From the NCBI GenBank assembly GCA_963845145.1, contig CAWJQU010000004.1:224001-288000 (forward strand): a stretch of 64,000 nt of DNA, in the 5' to 3' direction. The position numbers were made by a program, and so were the translations under genes. The notes beneath the pieces were generated by a model that made no database searches, was not told the DNA's origin, and worked only from the letters and a program-made list of their open reading frames with translations. The first letter of the stretch is position 1. Each line of letters begins with the position of its first letter. This stretch comes from an uncultured delta proteobacterium (GTDB lineage Bacteria > Desulfobacterota > Desulfobacteria > Desulfobacterales > QNYZ01). Shown piece after piece: positions 27,309 to 37,277 of the stretch.

Positions 27309-30300
27309 CTAATCGGTTATTTTCTCCGGCATTTTTGATTCCGCCGTCGCCCAGTGTTCATAGGGTTGCCAGTATAACCGCTTGACCCATTGTTTAAATG
27401 TGGAGAGCCGTTGCCCGGAGGTAACGAAAAAGCTGTAGAGGGCGGGGACTACCACAAGGGTCAGAAACGTGGCGATGAGCAGGCCGAATATCACCACAAT
27501 TGCCATGGAGCGCCAGTATTGGGTTGATTCACTGACCCAGGACATGGCCATGATATGGAAGTCATACGACACGCCCGTTACCATGGGAATTAATCCCAAA
27601 ACCGTGGTGATGGCCGTTAACATGACCGGCCTCAAACGGGTAGCCCCGGCGGCAACCACGGCTTCGGTCAGGGCCATCCCGCGTTGACGCAATTTGTTGG
27701 TATAATCAATCAACACGATGGCATTGTTGACCACGACACCGGCCAGGGAGATGACGCCCACTCCGGACATGATGATGCCGAAGGGAGAACGGAGAACGAC
27801 CAATCCCAAAAACGCCCCTCCCAGGGAGAGGACGACCGAAGTCATAATGATTATGGGTTGAGCCACCGAGTTGAACAACGTCACCAAGATAAAAAAGATG
27901 AGAAAAATGGCTATCAGAAAGGCTTTGGAAAGAAATGCCTCCGATTCTTTTTGGAACTCAAATTCGCCGGTAAATTTAAATCGGTACCCGGGGGGCATGG
28001 GAAAATCGGCCAATAGCGCCTCGCATTGGGCCCGAACCACGGCGCCGGGGGCCTTGGATTCATCGACGTTGGCCTTGATCGTTACCGTTCGTTCGTGGTT
28101 GATGCGGGAGATCTCTCCTAAGTTACCGACATAGGCGATGGTGGCAATGGATGTCAACGGTACCAATTGTCCGGTGGGGGTTGGAATCATCAATTTACGC
28201 AATACATCGGTGACGTTGCGGTCCGCCTCTGCAAGTCGAACCACAATATCGAAATCTTCGTCGCCTTCACGATAGGTAGAGATGTTCAGGCCGTTGTAGG
28301 CCGTTTTCAAGGCAAACCCGATGGCATTGGTGGATAGTTCGAACATGGCCGCGCGTTGCCGGTCGATGCGGACCTGAATGGACGGTAGATCTGCAACGTA
28401 GGTATTGCCGATGTCCTCTACATACGGCACTTTGGCGATAATCATTTCAATCTGGTCGGCCAATTGACCCAATATCCGGAAGTCATCACCGGAGATTTCA
28501 ATATTGATGGGCGGCCCGGTAGGCGGGCCCTCTTCCGCTTCATCTACCGTGATGCGCGCGCCGGCGATATGTTTGACTCGCTCTCGAATCGTTTCAAGAT
28601 CCTGGGCGGATGGATGTTTGCGGTCCTTTAAATCAAGAAACTGAATGCCGATATGGTTGGGCAGATTGGAACCGAAGCTGGCCGCACCGCCTGAGGCCAA
28701 AATGGCCTTGGCGTAAACATGTTCAATATTGTCCAGATCTCCGGGGCCTGAAAATTCTTCTCCGTCGACTTTTCGATGAATGCGTGCGAGGTAAGCCTGT
28801 TGATAATCACTTGAAGTCGCCGCCAGCGGGCCGTTTTTCTCTTCGGCCTGATATCCGATCACGGCCAGCTCTGTCTGGCGCGCAATCCGATCTAAGTATT
28901 CCAGGTCGGCTCCCTCGGGCGGATCAATGTTTACGTAAGCGTTTTTGGGGTCGATGCTGGGAAAAAATTCCACTGGTTTTTCCAGCCCAACAGTCAACAA
29001 CCACACTTGAACCATAAGGATAAGAAAAGCAAAAGAGATCATCACCGTGACGAAACGATGTCGCAGAACCGTTTTCAAAAACCGGGTATACAGGGTCAAC
29101 CAGAGACCTTTAATTTCCACCGGTTTTTCACCGGTTTGAGCCACTGCCGCTGCATTGGTGTTAGGATCGGTACCGCCACCGCCTTTGACTTTGATGAATA
29201 TCGCTGCCAGGGCCGGGTTGATCACCATGGCCACGAACAAGCTGGACGTCAGGGTAATGATGAGCGTAATGGGCAGATAGCTCATAAACTCTCCCATGAT
29301 ACCCGGCCAGAAAACCATGGGAAGAAAAGCAGCCAGGGTGGTAATCGTAGAGCCGATCACCGGCCAGGCGACCTCTCCCGTTGCCCGCATAGCCGCTTCC
29401 AGACGCGGCACGCCCTGTTGTAAATACCGGTAAATATTTTCCACAATAACAATGGCATTGTCCACCAGCATGCCCAGCGCCAGGGTTAGCGAGAAAAGGA
29501 CCACCATGTTCAAGGTGATATTCAGGCTATAGAGGATGATAAATGACAAAAACATGGAGAACGGAATCGCCATGGCCACCAAAAGGGCATTGCGAGGGCC
29601 GAGCACGAAAAACAACACAACGGCCACCAGGATCAGTCCGGAAATAATATTGTTTTCCAGGTCGGCCACCATCCCCCGGATTTCGCGGGCTTGATCCATG
29701 AGTTTGGTGATATCGGTACCGTCGGGCCAACCCGGTTGCCGCTCGGTAATCAATTCATCGATGCGATCGGTGATAAAGATGATATTTTCGCCCACGCGTT
29801 TTTTAACGGAGATTGAGACCGCTTCCCTGCCATCCAGTCTGGATCGACTCGTCTCTTCCTTAAAAGAGTCCACCACTGTGGCCAGGTCTTTTAAATAGAT
29901 CGGACGCCCCTGAAAAGTGCCGACAACCAGCCCGAACAACTCCTCGGGCGTCGTAAATTCACCGGGTACTCGCAATTGATAGCGGCCGTCTCCCAGGGTA
30001 ATGGCCCCGCCGGAGGTGTTTTGGTTCTCGCTGGCAACGACATTTTGGAACCGGGTGATGGGAATTCGGTAATAGGCCAGTTTGTCCGGATCGACTTCCA
30101 GACGGATTTCTCTTTCCAGGCCACCGGTCACCTCAGCTTCCAATACACCGGGAATCGCCTCTATATCATCGGCGAAGTCATCGGCGATTTTTTTCAAACA
30201 AGGATTGCCGCAGGTGCCGCTCAGTGAAAAAACAACAATGGGCAGCTCTGAGATATTCACCTCGAAGACAGCCGGATCGTTTTCCAGGTCGGACGGCAAA

Positions 30301-30653
30301 TCCCCCATGGCCTCGTCCACTTTGTCCTTGACCTTGGTCAGCACCTCGTCGATATCGGTGCCGGGGATAAACTCGATGTTGATCTGGGACAGGCCTTCGG
30401 CACTGACTGAATGGATTTTTTTGACCCGATCGAGGCCTTTCAGTTTCTTTTCGATATGAATGGTAATGGACGTTTCGATATCGGCCGCCGATACGCCCTT
30501 GTAGTCCGTGGAGATGAATACATTCGGAATCGTGATATCCGGAGAGCTCTCCCTGGGAAGCGCCATGTAGCAATAGATGCCGAATAAGATGATCATTAGC
30601 GCGAGAACCACAACGCTGACCCGGTTTTTTACAGCAGCATCGGAAATGATCAT
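27309..30653 (-). CDS. RND efflux permease (AcrB/AcrD/AcrF family)
   Basis: 1114 aa; GMLVDNAIVIVEN, VVNNAIVLID and RLRPVMLT motifs. Confidence 0.94.
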   Translation of the reverse strand: MIISDAAVKNRVSVVVLALMIILFGIYCYMALPRESSPDITIPNVFISTDYKGVSAADIETSITIHIEKKLKGLDRVKKIHSVSAEGLSQINIEFIPGTDIDEVLTKVKDKVDEAMGDLPSDLENDPAVFEVNISELPIVVFSLSGTCGNPCLKKIADDFADDIEAIPGVLEAEVTGGLEREIRLEVDPDKLAYYRIPITRFQNVVASENQNTSGGAITLGDGRYQLRVPGEFTTPEELFGLVVGTFQGRPIYLKDLATVVDSFKEETSRSRLDGREAVSISVKKRVGENIIFITDRIDELITERQPGWPDGTDITKLMDQAREIRGMVADLENNIISGLILVAVVLFFVLGPRNALLVAMAIPFSMFLSFIILYSLNITLNMVVLFSLTLALGMLVDNAIVIVENIYRYLQQGVPRLEAAMRATGEVAWPVIGSTITTLAAFLPMVFWPGIMGEFMSYLPITLIITLTSSLFVAMVINPALAAIFIKVKGGGGTDPNTNAAAVAQTGEKPVEIKGLWLTLYTRFLKTVLRHRFVTVMISFAFLILMVQVWLLTVGLEKPVEFFPSIDPKNAYVNIDPPEGADLEYLDRIARQTELAVIGYQAEEKNGPLAATSSDYQQAYLARIHRKVDGEEFSGPGDLDNIEHVYAKAILASGGAASFGSNLPNHIGIQFLDLKDRKHPSAQDLETIRERVKHIAGARITVDEAEEGPPTGPPINIEISGDDFRILGQLADQIEMIIAKVPYVEDIGNTYVADLPSIQVRIDRQRAAMFELSTNAIGFALKTAYNGLNISTYREGDEDFDIVVRLAEADRNVTDVLRKLMIPTPTGQLVPLTSIATIAYVGNLGEISRINHERTVTIKANVDESKAPGAVVRAQCEALLADFPMPPGYRFKFTGEFEFQKESEAFLSKAFLIAIFLIFFILVTLFNSVAQPIIIMTSVVLSLGGAFLGLVVLRSPFGIIMSGVGVISLAGVVVNNAIVLIDYTNKLRQRGMALTEAVVAAGATRLRPVMLTAITTVLGLIPMVTGVSYDFHIMAMSWVSESTQYWRSMAIVVIFGLLIATFLTLVVVPALYSFFVTSGQRLSTFKQWVKRLYWQPYEHWATAESKMPEKITD

Positions 30654-31801
30654 GGGTTGATCTCCCCGGGGTGTTGGACGTTCCGCACAACGTTCACTTT
30701 GTCACCGTCGTGAACATTGCGCTGACCGATCACGATAACCTCATCGCCGGCGGATAAACCGTCAACCACCTGGACCAGCCACCCCTCCTGAATACCTAAC
30801 GTCACCTGACGGACGTGGGCGTGGCCATCCTTAACGACATAAACGATCCGTGTGTCGGAATTGGATGAAGAGGCAAACAATGGGATCGCCAGGGCATTGG
30901 GAATCGTCGCTTTTAGGATATCCGCGCGGACAAACATGTCCGGCAGTATTTCCCCATCTGGATTGTCAACGCGAATGAAAAGATTGTAAAGCCGGGCCAG
31001 GGGATCGGCTGTGCGGGACAAAAAGTGTTTTTGGCCTTTGAATATGCGGTTGTTAAGCGCATCGACGCGAATATTAAACTGGTCGATATGCCTTACCGCA
31101 GCTACATCCGACTCGGGAATTCCCACCTTGATTTTCACCCGGTCCAACTGAAGCACTTCGGCGACCATATCTCCGCTATTTACGAAACGCCCCGGCTCGG
31201 CATCCAGATGGTTGACGATACCGGCGGCCGACGCCCGAATCCGGCACCGCTGGGCATTGAGTTCGGCCGTATCCATGGCTGCTTTCAAGCCGTCTACTTG
31301 CGCTTTGGTGTCGTCGAGCTGGGCCTGGGTGGCTAATTTTTCCTTCTTAAGCCCTTCCAGGCGTTTCATTGTCTTGCGGGCTGCATTATAGTTTGCACGG
31401 GTTTGCGCCAGGAGGTTGTCGTAATCGCGGGGGTCGATCATGGCGATGATCTCACCTTTTTTTACCGTCTGGCCTTCTTCGACCTTTTTGGCCACGATAC
31501 GTCCGCGTACTTCTGCAAGTATGGCCAGTTTAACCCAGGGTTCGACTTCACCAGGAAGACGAATGCGGTCGTGCATCGGTGATGGGTTCAAATTTAGGGT
31601 GACCACATTGACATCGGGCCGCTTTTCTTTCAGGGCCTCTTTTTTTTCTGCCGCAATAACTGCCTGCTCTGACCCTATACGCATCGCCAAAATACCGATG
31701 ACGATGATTAAAAATAGAAAAAAGAGCCAGGGAATGGCACCCCATATCCATCGGCTCCAGCTGTTTTTAGATTGGTTATTGTCCGGTGGTTTGGTTCTCA
31801 T
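30650..31801 (-). CDS. RND periplasmic adaptor (MFP) subunit
   Basis: N-terminal TM helix; lipoyl-like VEEGQTVKKGE; coiled-coil hairpin; ILPDMFV; GLSAGDEVI. Confidence 0.92.
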   Translation of the reverse strand: MRTKPPDNNQSKNSWSRWIWGAIPWLFFLFLIIVIGILAMRIGSEQAVIAAEKKEALKEKRPDVNVVTLNLNPSPMHDRIRLPGEVEPWVKLAILAEVRGRIVAKKVEEGQTVKKGEIIAMIDPRDYDNLLAQTRANYNAARKTMKRLEGLKKEKLATQAQLDDTKAQVDGLKAAMDTAELNAQRCRIRASAAGIVNHLDAEPGRFVNSGDMVAEVLQLDRVKIKVGIPESDVAAVRHIDQFNIRVDALNNRIFKGQKHFLSRTADPLARLYNLFIRVDNPDGEILPDMFVRADILKATIPNALAIPLFASSSNSDTRIVYVVKDGHAHVRQVTLGIQEGWLVQVVDGLSAGDEVIVIGQRNVHDGDKVNVVRNVQHPGEINP

Positions 31802-33188
31802 CCATTTCACTCCTTGGGCCACGAATTGGAACACTCATTCGGCTGGGAGCCCGCTCGCCGGCGGGCAGATTAAGACGGTGTTCAACGTTTTTAAGCAATT
31901 TTCCCGTACTTTGTTCGATCTTGAGCAGGGCCAACTGGCCGTCAAAAATCGCCTCGGCCAGTCTGCGCTGGGCGGTAACCAACAGGGTGTTGGCGTCTAC
32001 GACATCGATGCTGTTGGCCAGCCCGAATTCAGCCTGACGCGTCACAGCCTGGTGGTTTTCCTTCGCGAAGGTCAACTGATCTGAAAGCGCCGTGATGGTA
32101 TTTTTACGCGTGATAAAATTCAGGTAGGCTTCGTCCACTTCTAAGGCGATCTGTTTTTTCAAAGTGGCGATTCCGAGATCCGCCTGCCGTTCTTTCGAGC
32201 GGCTTTGGTTCACTTCCGCTTTACGTAAACCGCCGTCGTAAAGCGAAAATTGAAAGTTCACCCCTGCCCACATACTCTCATCAACCGGTGCCGCCGCATT
32301 CGGCGAGGCATCCGGACGCGCCCAGACACCCTCGATACCGATTCGGGGCCACCAGGCGCTTTTGGTGAAACGGACCTCGTTTTCGGCTAATGCTTTTGCC
32401 ATTCGCAGGGTATTCAGATCGGGGCGTTCATCAAAGGCGGTTCGTTTGAGGGCTGCCGGATCGAAATCATTATCTTTGTGTAAATCAAACACGGGCGCTT
32501 CCAACCGAAACGGTCCTGCTAAACCGGTTAATCGGGTTAAAACCGACTGAGCGAATAATTTCAGGTTTTCGGCTCGAATTTGATCCGATACGGCACCGGA
32601 CAATTCGGCACTGGCGCGGTATAGGTCCGTCTTGGTGACGGCACCTAGTTTCAATCGGGTTTGAACCGCTTCCCGATAGGTGGTCAACCGGTCTACATTG
32701 GCAGTGGCGATATCGACTGCTTTTTCAGTTTTGAGCACATTGTAGTACGCTTCCGCCACACGGATCAAAAGGATTTCACGGTTGGATGCCAAATCAAAAC
32801 GCTGTTTTGTAATGGTATCTTTGCTTATTTCAAGGGCGATGAGCTCCTTGCCGTTTAGCGTAAACGACTGATCCAGACGTAGGCCATAGGTGCTTGACCA
32901 CTCCGGTTGAACGGGCATATCGCCCTTATATTTCTCTTCACTGTAATGTTTATAATCCCCAAAAGCAGAAAAGCGGGGGATCAGAACAGACAAGGCCCGC
33001 TTTTTATCCTGCTCGGCCACATAGACGGCTTCCTCGGCCAACTTGACTTCTTCGGATTGCGTCAGGGCCATTCGAAAAAGGGTATCAAGTGTGTAGGCGG
33101 GAGCGGCGCCGTGCGCTGGGGCACCCGCCGACATGAATAAAAAACCGGTAAGAATAAATGCTGCCGTTATTCGGCCAAAAATGATCAC
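31776..33188 (-). CDS. TolC-family outer-membrane channel
   Basis: Signal peptide and two OEP repeats (VAEAYYNVL; VDEAYLN). Confidence 0.92.
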   Translation of the reverse strand: MIIFGRITAAFILTGFLFMSAGAPAHGAAPAYTLDTLFRMALTQSEEVKLAEEAVYVAEQDKKRALSVLIPRFSAFGDYKHYSEEKYKGDMPVQPEWSSTYGLRLDQSFTLNGKELIALEISKDTITKQRFDLASNREILLIRVAEAYYNVLKTEKAVDIATANVDRLTTYREAVQTRLKLGAVTKTDLYRASAELSGAVSDQIRAENLKLFAQSVLTRLTGLAGPFRLEAPVFDLHKDNDFDPAALKRTAFDERPDLNTLRMAKALAENEVRFTKSAWWPRIGIEGVWARPDASPNAAAPVDESMWAGVNFQFSLYDGGLRKAEVNQSRSKERQADLGIATLKKQIALEVDEAYLNFITRKNTITALSDQLTFAKENHQAVTRQAEFGLANSIDVVDANTLLVTAQRRLAEAIFDGQLALLKIEQSTGKLLKNVEHRLNLPAGERAPSRMSVPIRGPRSEMDENQTTGQ

Positions 33189-33198
33189 GCGTCCTCCC

Positions 33199-33882
33199 TT
33201 AAGCCTTATTCGAGCCGGCCGCCTTGAGATCCTTGGGTTGGTTGGTGGTATCCAATGGGTCGCGATCAGCCCGAATGGTCGCGACTAAATTGTTTAAATA
33301 ATAATTAACCTGCCATTTCAAATTAAAGTGTTGATTTCCCAACAGGTTATTAAAGAGCAAGCCGTCCATACAACCCATGATGTTGATCACGATCTGTTCG
33401 ACATCCCTGGCTATTTCAGCTTTAAAAGCACCCGTGGCAATGCCATGTAAAATGACGTCTGTCAAGATCCTGCGAATGTCGGCTGCCTTGCCGTCTATAA
33501 GCTCCCATTGGTGATACAAAACGCCGGTTTCAACGTACATTTGATCCACCATTTCAAGGTACATCCGGTTTCCTGGGGTTTGAGCACTGCCGATTTCGTT
33601 GGTCAGCTCGGCCACGACGTACAATTTATCAACGGGATTCGTTCTTTTTGCCATCAAGGTCGTCATACGAAAGCAGATCTGATCGACCCAAGCCCCAAAA
33701 GCGGCGATAAACACTTCCGCTTTGCTCTCGAAATATTCATACAACGTGCTTTTTCCCACACCTGCCGCTTCACCGATTTTGTTCATACTGGCAGCGGTAT
33801 ACCCCTGTTTTGAAAACACTTTGAGCGCCGCTTCTATGATGTGTTGCTGTTTTTCTTTTTTGTCGACGATGGCTGGTGACAT
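33199..33882 (-). CDS. TetR/AcrR-family regulator
   Basis: N-terminal HTH IIEAALKVF..GVGKSTLYEYFESK. Confidence 0.92.
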   Translation of the reverse strand: MSPAIVDKKEKQQHIIEAALKVFSKQGYTAASMNKIGEAAGVGKSTLYEYFESKAEVFIAAFGAWVDQICFRMTTLMAKRTNPVDKLYVVAELTNEIGSAQTPGNRMYLEMVDQMYVETGVLYHQWELIDGKAADIRRILTDVILHGIATGAFKAEIARDVEQIVINIMGCMDGLLFNNLLGNQHFNLKWQVNYYLNNLVATIRADRDPLDTTNQPKDLKAAGSNKA

Positions 33883-33908
33883 AGCTACAATGGTTTTTCT
33901 AGTTTTTT

Positions 33909-33977
33909 CCGACTGGTCGGTGTGAATATAGCTATCTATAATAATAAATCAAGTTTTTTTATCGACCCTATGGTCGG
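33909..33977. promoter_or_regulatory. Candidate TetR operators
   Basis: CCGAC-TG-GTCGG (33909-33920) and TCGACC-CTAT-GGTCGG (33962-33977), directly upstream of the tetR gene. Confidence 0.55.
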
Positions 33978-34098
33978 AAGTCATAAAAAAGGATCAAAAC
34001 AATATAAACTAGATGCCTTACAAAGAGCGAAAATCGGCTTGCAATGCATCTTGATACCCGCTATGAAGGCCGACAGTTTTAAGACTGCATTTTAACCT

Positions 34099-35211
34099 GT
34101 GAATAAAATAATCAAAACAACCATGCTGCAACGAATGATCACAGAAAGTACCCGAAAAATCCAAGTCCGGCTCGATTTAGGGACGGTGGCCGACCTCATT
34201 GCAACAACTCAGCGAAAAACCGGCGAGATACCCTGGCACACCCATGGTAAAACCGATCCATGGGATCATGTGGAGGCCGCCATGGGGTTGACGGTGGGCG
34301 GGTATTTAAATCAAGCCAAAAAGGCTTTTCAATGGCTGGTAGAGAACCAGCTTCCTGATGGAAGCTGGTATGCAGCCTATCGCAATGGCGAGCCATTGGA
34401 CCGGACCCGCGATACCAATTTTTGCGCCTATATCGCCGTGGGAGCGTACCATTATTATTTGAGTACCGGTGATTCGGATTTCCTGGCAGACATGTGGCCG
34501 ACCATTCGGTCGGCCATTGACTTTGTTGTCGCGCATCAAGCCCCTGGCGGAGAGATTTACTGGGCCGTCAGTCCCGAAGGAAAAGTGGACTGCATGGCGC
34601 TTTTAACCGGTTCAAGCGCTATTTATTTGAGTCTGAAATGTGCTTTGGCCGTCGCCACTCTGGTGGTGCCGGATTCTTTGGGTAATGAGGCAAAAAACCT
34701 GGCACGTTGGCGTTCCGCTTGTAAACGGTTGGGCCAGGCCATTCGTCATCGGCCCCACCATTTCAATATGACCAAATCTAGATTCGCCATGGATTGGTTT
34801 TATCCTGTTCTGTCCGGCGCCCTAACCGGAGAGGCGGCCCATCGACGCATCAATCGGTTCTGGAAGAAATTTATCATCGAAAATGAGGGCGTTCGATGCG
34901 TTTCCGATAAACCCTGGATCACCCTGGCGGAAACTGCCGAACTGATTCTGGCGTTGGAGGCCATGGGGAACCGGGATCAGGCCCAGGTTGTGTTTGACTG
35001 GATTTTTGATCGCCGCTTTGCAGACGGAACCTACTGGTGCGGTTACAATATTCCTGAACGGGAAATATGGCCCCAAGAGCGAATGACCTGGACCAATGCC
35101 GCGTTGTTGCTGGCGGCCGATAGCCTATATGACCTGACTCCCGCCGGCCGGATCTTCAGACACCGTTTTTGGGAAGACGCACCCGATTTCACAGGGCAAA
35201 CTAAAGGATAG
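34099..35211 (+). CDS. 'Prenyltransferase'-annotated alpha/alpha-toroid protein, probably six-hairpin glycosidase-like
   Basis: DPWDHVEAAMGL, QLPDGSW, MDWFYPVL and PWITLAETAE motifs. Confidence 0.6.
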   Translation: MNKIIKTTMLQRMITESTRKIQVRLDLGTVADLIATTQRKTGEIPWHTHGKTDPWDHVEAAMGLTVGGYLNQAKKAFQWLVENQLPDGSWYAAYRNGEPLDRTRDTNFCAYIAVGAYHYYLSTGDSDFLADMWPTIRSAIDFVVAHQAPGGEIYWAVSPEGKVDCMALLTGSSAIYLSLKCALAVATLVVPDSLGNEAKNLARWRSACKRLGQAIRHRPHHFNMTKSRFAMDWFYPVLSGALTGEAAHRRINRFWKKFIIENEGVRCVSDKPWITLAETAELILALEAMGNRDQAQVVFDWIFDRRFADGTYWCGYNIPEREIWPQERMTWTNAALLLAADSLYDLTPAGRIFRHRFWEDAPDFTGQTKG

Positions 35212-35326
35212 AATAAACAACGGTATGGTTCTTGTACTGAAAATATAATGGTTATTGATTTGACATGCCTAACTGGTGAGCGGTAACTTACCCTTGGCAC
35301 TTACTATATACTAAAGGAGATTTTAA

Positions 35327-35860
35327 ATGAACTGGGTCCGTAAAATAAAGCCGGCGCTAGGTTTTCTGGTTTGTATATTTTTCGCCATTTTTCTATTTTC
35401 CTGTACAGGGGCATCAAATGCCCAGATGGATACAGAGGCACCCATGATGGTCACGTTAAAAGTTCTTGATGTTTCGGATAAACAACCGGTTTCAGTCACA
35501 CTTGAATTTATATTAAAAAATAACACGACCCATGGATATAATGTGTTGACATGGGGAACCCCGCTTGAAGGTGAATTTTACGACAATATGTTTACCGTCA
35601 CGAAAGATGGGGAGCAACTTCCCTATCTTGGTAAGCAGGTCAAACGCGGCGCCCCGCAGAAAAACGATTTTATCGCAATGGGCCCCAACGGCGAACTTGT
35701 CGCAAAAATATTTCTGGAGCAGGGCTACGCAATTAAAGATCCGGGGCTCTATACGGTTCAATACCGCAAACCGTATATCAGTATGAAACCGGATCATGGT
35801 GAAATGCAACTGGTACCGGTTCGATCCAACCGGGTAGAATTTAAAATAGGGTCGAATTAA
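35327..35860 (+). CDS. Lipoprotein consisting only of an M35 protease prodomain-like module
   Basis: Lipobox LFSC; aligns with the N-terminal half of the next gene (WGTPLEG/WGTPFEG, PYLGKQVKR/PYIGKLVKR, YTVQY). No HExxH. Confidence 0.8.
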   Translation: MNWVRKIKPALGFLVCIFFAIFLFSCTGASNAQMDTEAPMMVTLKVLDVSDKQPVSVTLEFILKNNTTHGYNVLTWGTPLEGEFYDNMFTVTKDGEQLPYLGKQVKRGAPQKNDFIAMGPNGELVAKIFLEQGYAIKDPGLYTVQYRKPYISMKPDHGEMQLVPVRSNRVEFKIGSN

Positions 35861-35902
35861 AAACCGGATCGAGTTAAAACCGGATCGAGTTAAAGCAGGA
35901 TA
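35841..35902 (+). repeat. 16-17 bp tandem repeat, about 4 copies
   Basis: TTAAAATAGGGTCGAA, TTAAAAACCGGATCGAG, TTAAAACCGGATCGAG and TTAAAGCAGGATA. Confidence 0.7.
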
Positions 35903-35979
35903 CTAATCCGGCCGACCCTTTAATGTAATGCCGACGTATCCGTAATCCGTTTGCATCTTAGATAAAAATAGGTTTTCCA

Positions 35980-37155
35980 ATGAAAGGCGGTTATATGTTG
36001 CGAATAAAAATGTCTATCTTACTCGTGTGCGCTTCTTTATGTTTAATGCCAAATGTATGGGCGAATACCTCGGCGGATGTTGTTGCAGAGATTGAAGTCC
36101 TTGAGGTCAATGAAAGTGATCATGTTTCCATCAGCATGAAATTCACGCTGAAGAACGAATCCGAGGATCCGGTTCGAGTCCTTAAATGGGGAACCCCGTT
36201 TGAGGGCGATTTTACCCAGGATATTTTTTACATTACGAACAATGGTAATCCAGTGCCTTATATCGGTAAACTGGTTAAACGGCTCCCGCCCACAGAAGAA
36301 GATTTTATTGAAATCGCTGGTAAAAGCGAGGCGTCGGAAATTGTTTACTTAGAGGACGGATATAAAATCTATGCCGCCGGAGTATATACGGTTCAATATA
36401 TAGACTCGACCCTCCGGGTAAAAACAACAGTTTTGAACCCGAATACCGAACCACAAAAAATGAAGTTGGTTCCGGTTCAATCCAGCGAAGTGACATTTGA
36501 AATCGTTGAAGGCACCCGTGAAGACGCTATCCCCAGCCTATCGAAGGCTAAAATTGAATGCTCTGATGCTCAATTCAATGCGGTAACACAGGGGCACGCA
36601 GCGGCCAAGAATATTGCAGCCGTGGCCCGACAAGCGCTATCAAATACCCCTGCGGATCAGCGGGCACAGGCCCAACGCTACCTGGAGTGGTTCGGCGCTT
36701 ACAGTGGGCCGAGGTATGCGGCGGTTACATCGAATTTTAATAGGGTTCACGATGCATTGTTTAATAGAACCATAACCGCTTACTGCCCGAGTGATTGTGC
36801 ATCAAACATCTTTGCTTATGTAAACCCCTCCCAGCCGTATAACATTAATTTTTGCGGTGCTTTTTTCCGGGCTCCGGTGACCGGAACCGATTCCAAAGCG
36901 GGCACCGTCATTCATGAACTCACCCATTTTACAGTGGTTGCCGGTACGGATGATATTGTTTATGGACAATCCGGTGCGCGATCTTTGGCCCGTAGCAATC
37001 CTAACGCAGCGATCAGAAATGCCGATAGTCATGAATATTTTGCAGAGAATACACCGCCCCTGCCAATGCCGGCCGGAGGTGGCAGCGGTGGTGGCGGCGA
37101 TGACAGTGATTCCAGCGGCAGTGGCGGGTGTTTTATCCAAACCGTAATGCATTAG
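35980..37155 (+). CDS. M35 (aspzincin / peptidyl-Lys type) zinc metalloendopeptidase preproprotein
   Basis: Signal peptide, prodomain, HELTH, GTDDIVYG and NADSHEYFAEN; Gly/Ser linker ending GGCFIQTVMH. Confidence 0.92.
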   Translation: MKGGYMLRIKMSILLVCASLCLMPNVWANTSADVVAEIEVLEVNESDHVSISMKFTLKNESEDPVRVLKWGTPFEGDFTQDIFYITNNGNPVPYIGKLVKRLPPTEEDFIEIAGKSEASEIVYLEDGYKIYAAGVYTVQYIDSTLRVKTTVLNPNTEPQKMKLVPVQSSEVTFEIVEGTREDAIPSLSKAKIECSDAQFNAVTQGHAAAKNIAAVARQALSNTPADQRAQAQRYLEWFGAYSGPRYAAVTSNFNRVHDALFNRTITAYCPSDCASNIFAYVNPSQPYNINFCGAFFRAPVTGTDSKAGTVIHELTHFTVVAGTDDIVYGQSGARSLARSNPNAAIRNADSHEYFAENTPPLPMPAGGGSGGGGDDSDSSGSGGCFIQTVMH

Positions 37156-37191
37156 GATTTCCGTCCGTTCTAACTATTTTTGAAACAATCA

Positions 37192-37221
37192 AGAAACGCC
37201 GTCTGGTAAGACGGCGTTTCT
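37192..37221. terminator. Intrinsic terminator between convergent genes
   Basis: Perfect 13-bp stem AGAAACGCCGTCT-GGTA-AGACGGCGTTTCT. Confidence 0.75.
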
Positions 37222-37277
37222 AATTTTATCGGCTTATTTAGTAATGAATTTAAAACTGTTCCCCCACTGGCCGGTTT

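Noticed and set aside
35841..35902. Direct repeats as a CRISPR array (also 44399-44441)
   Set aside because: Units are adjacent with no spacers, are too short, and no cas genes are present.
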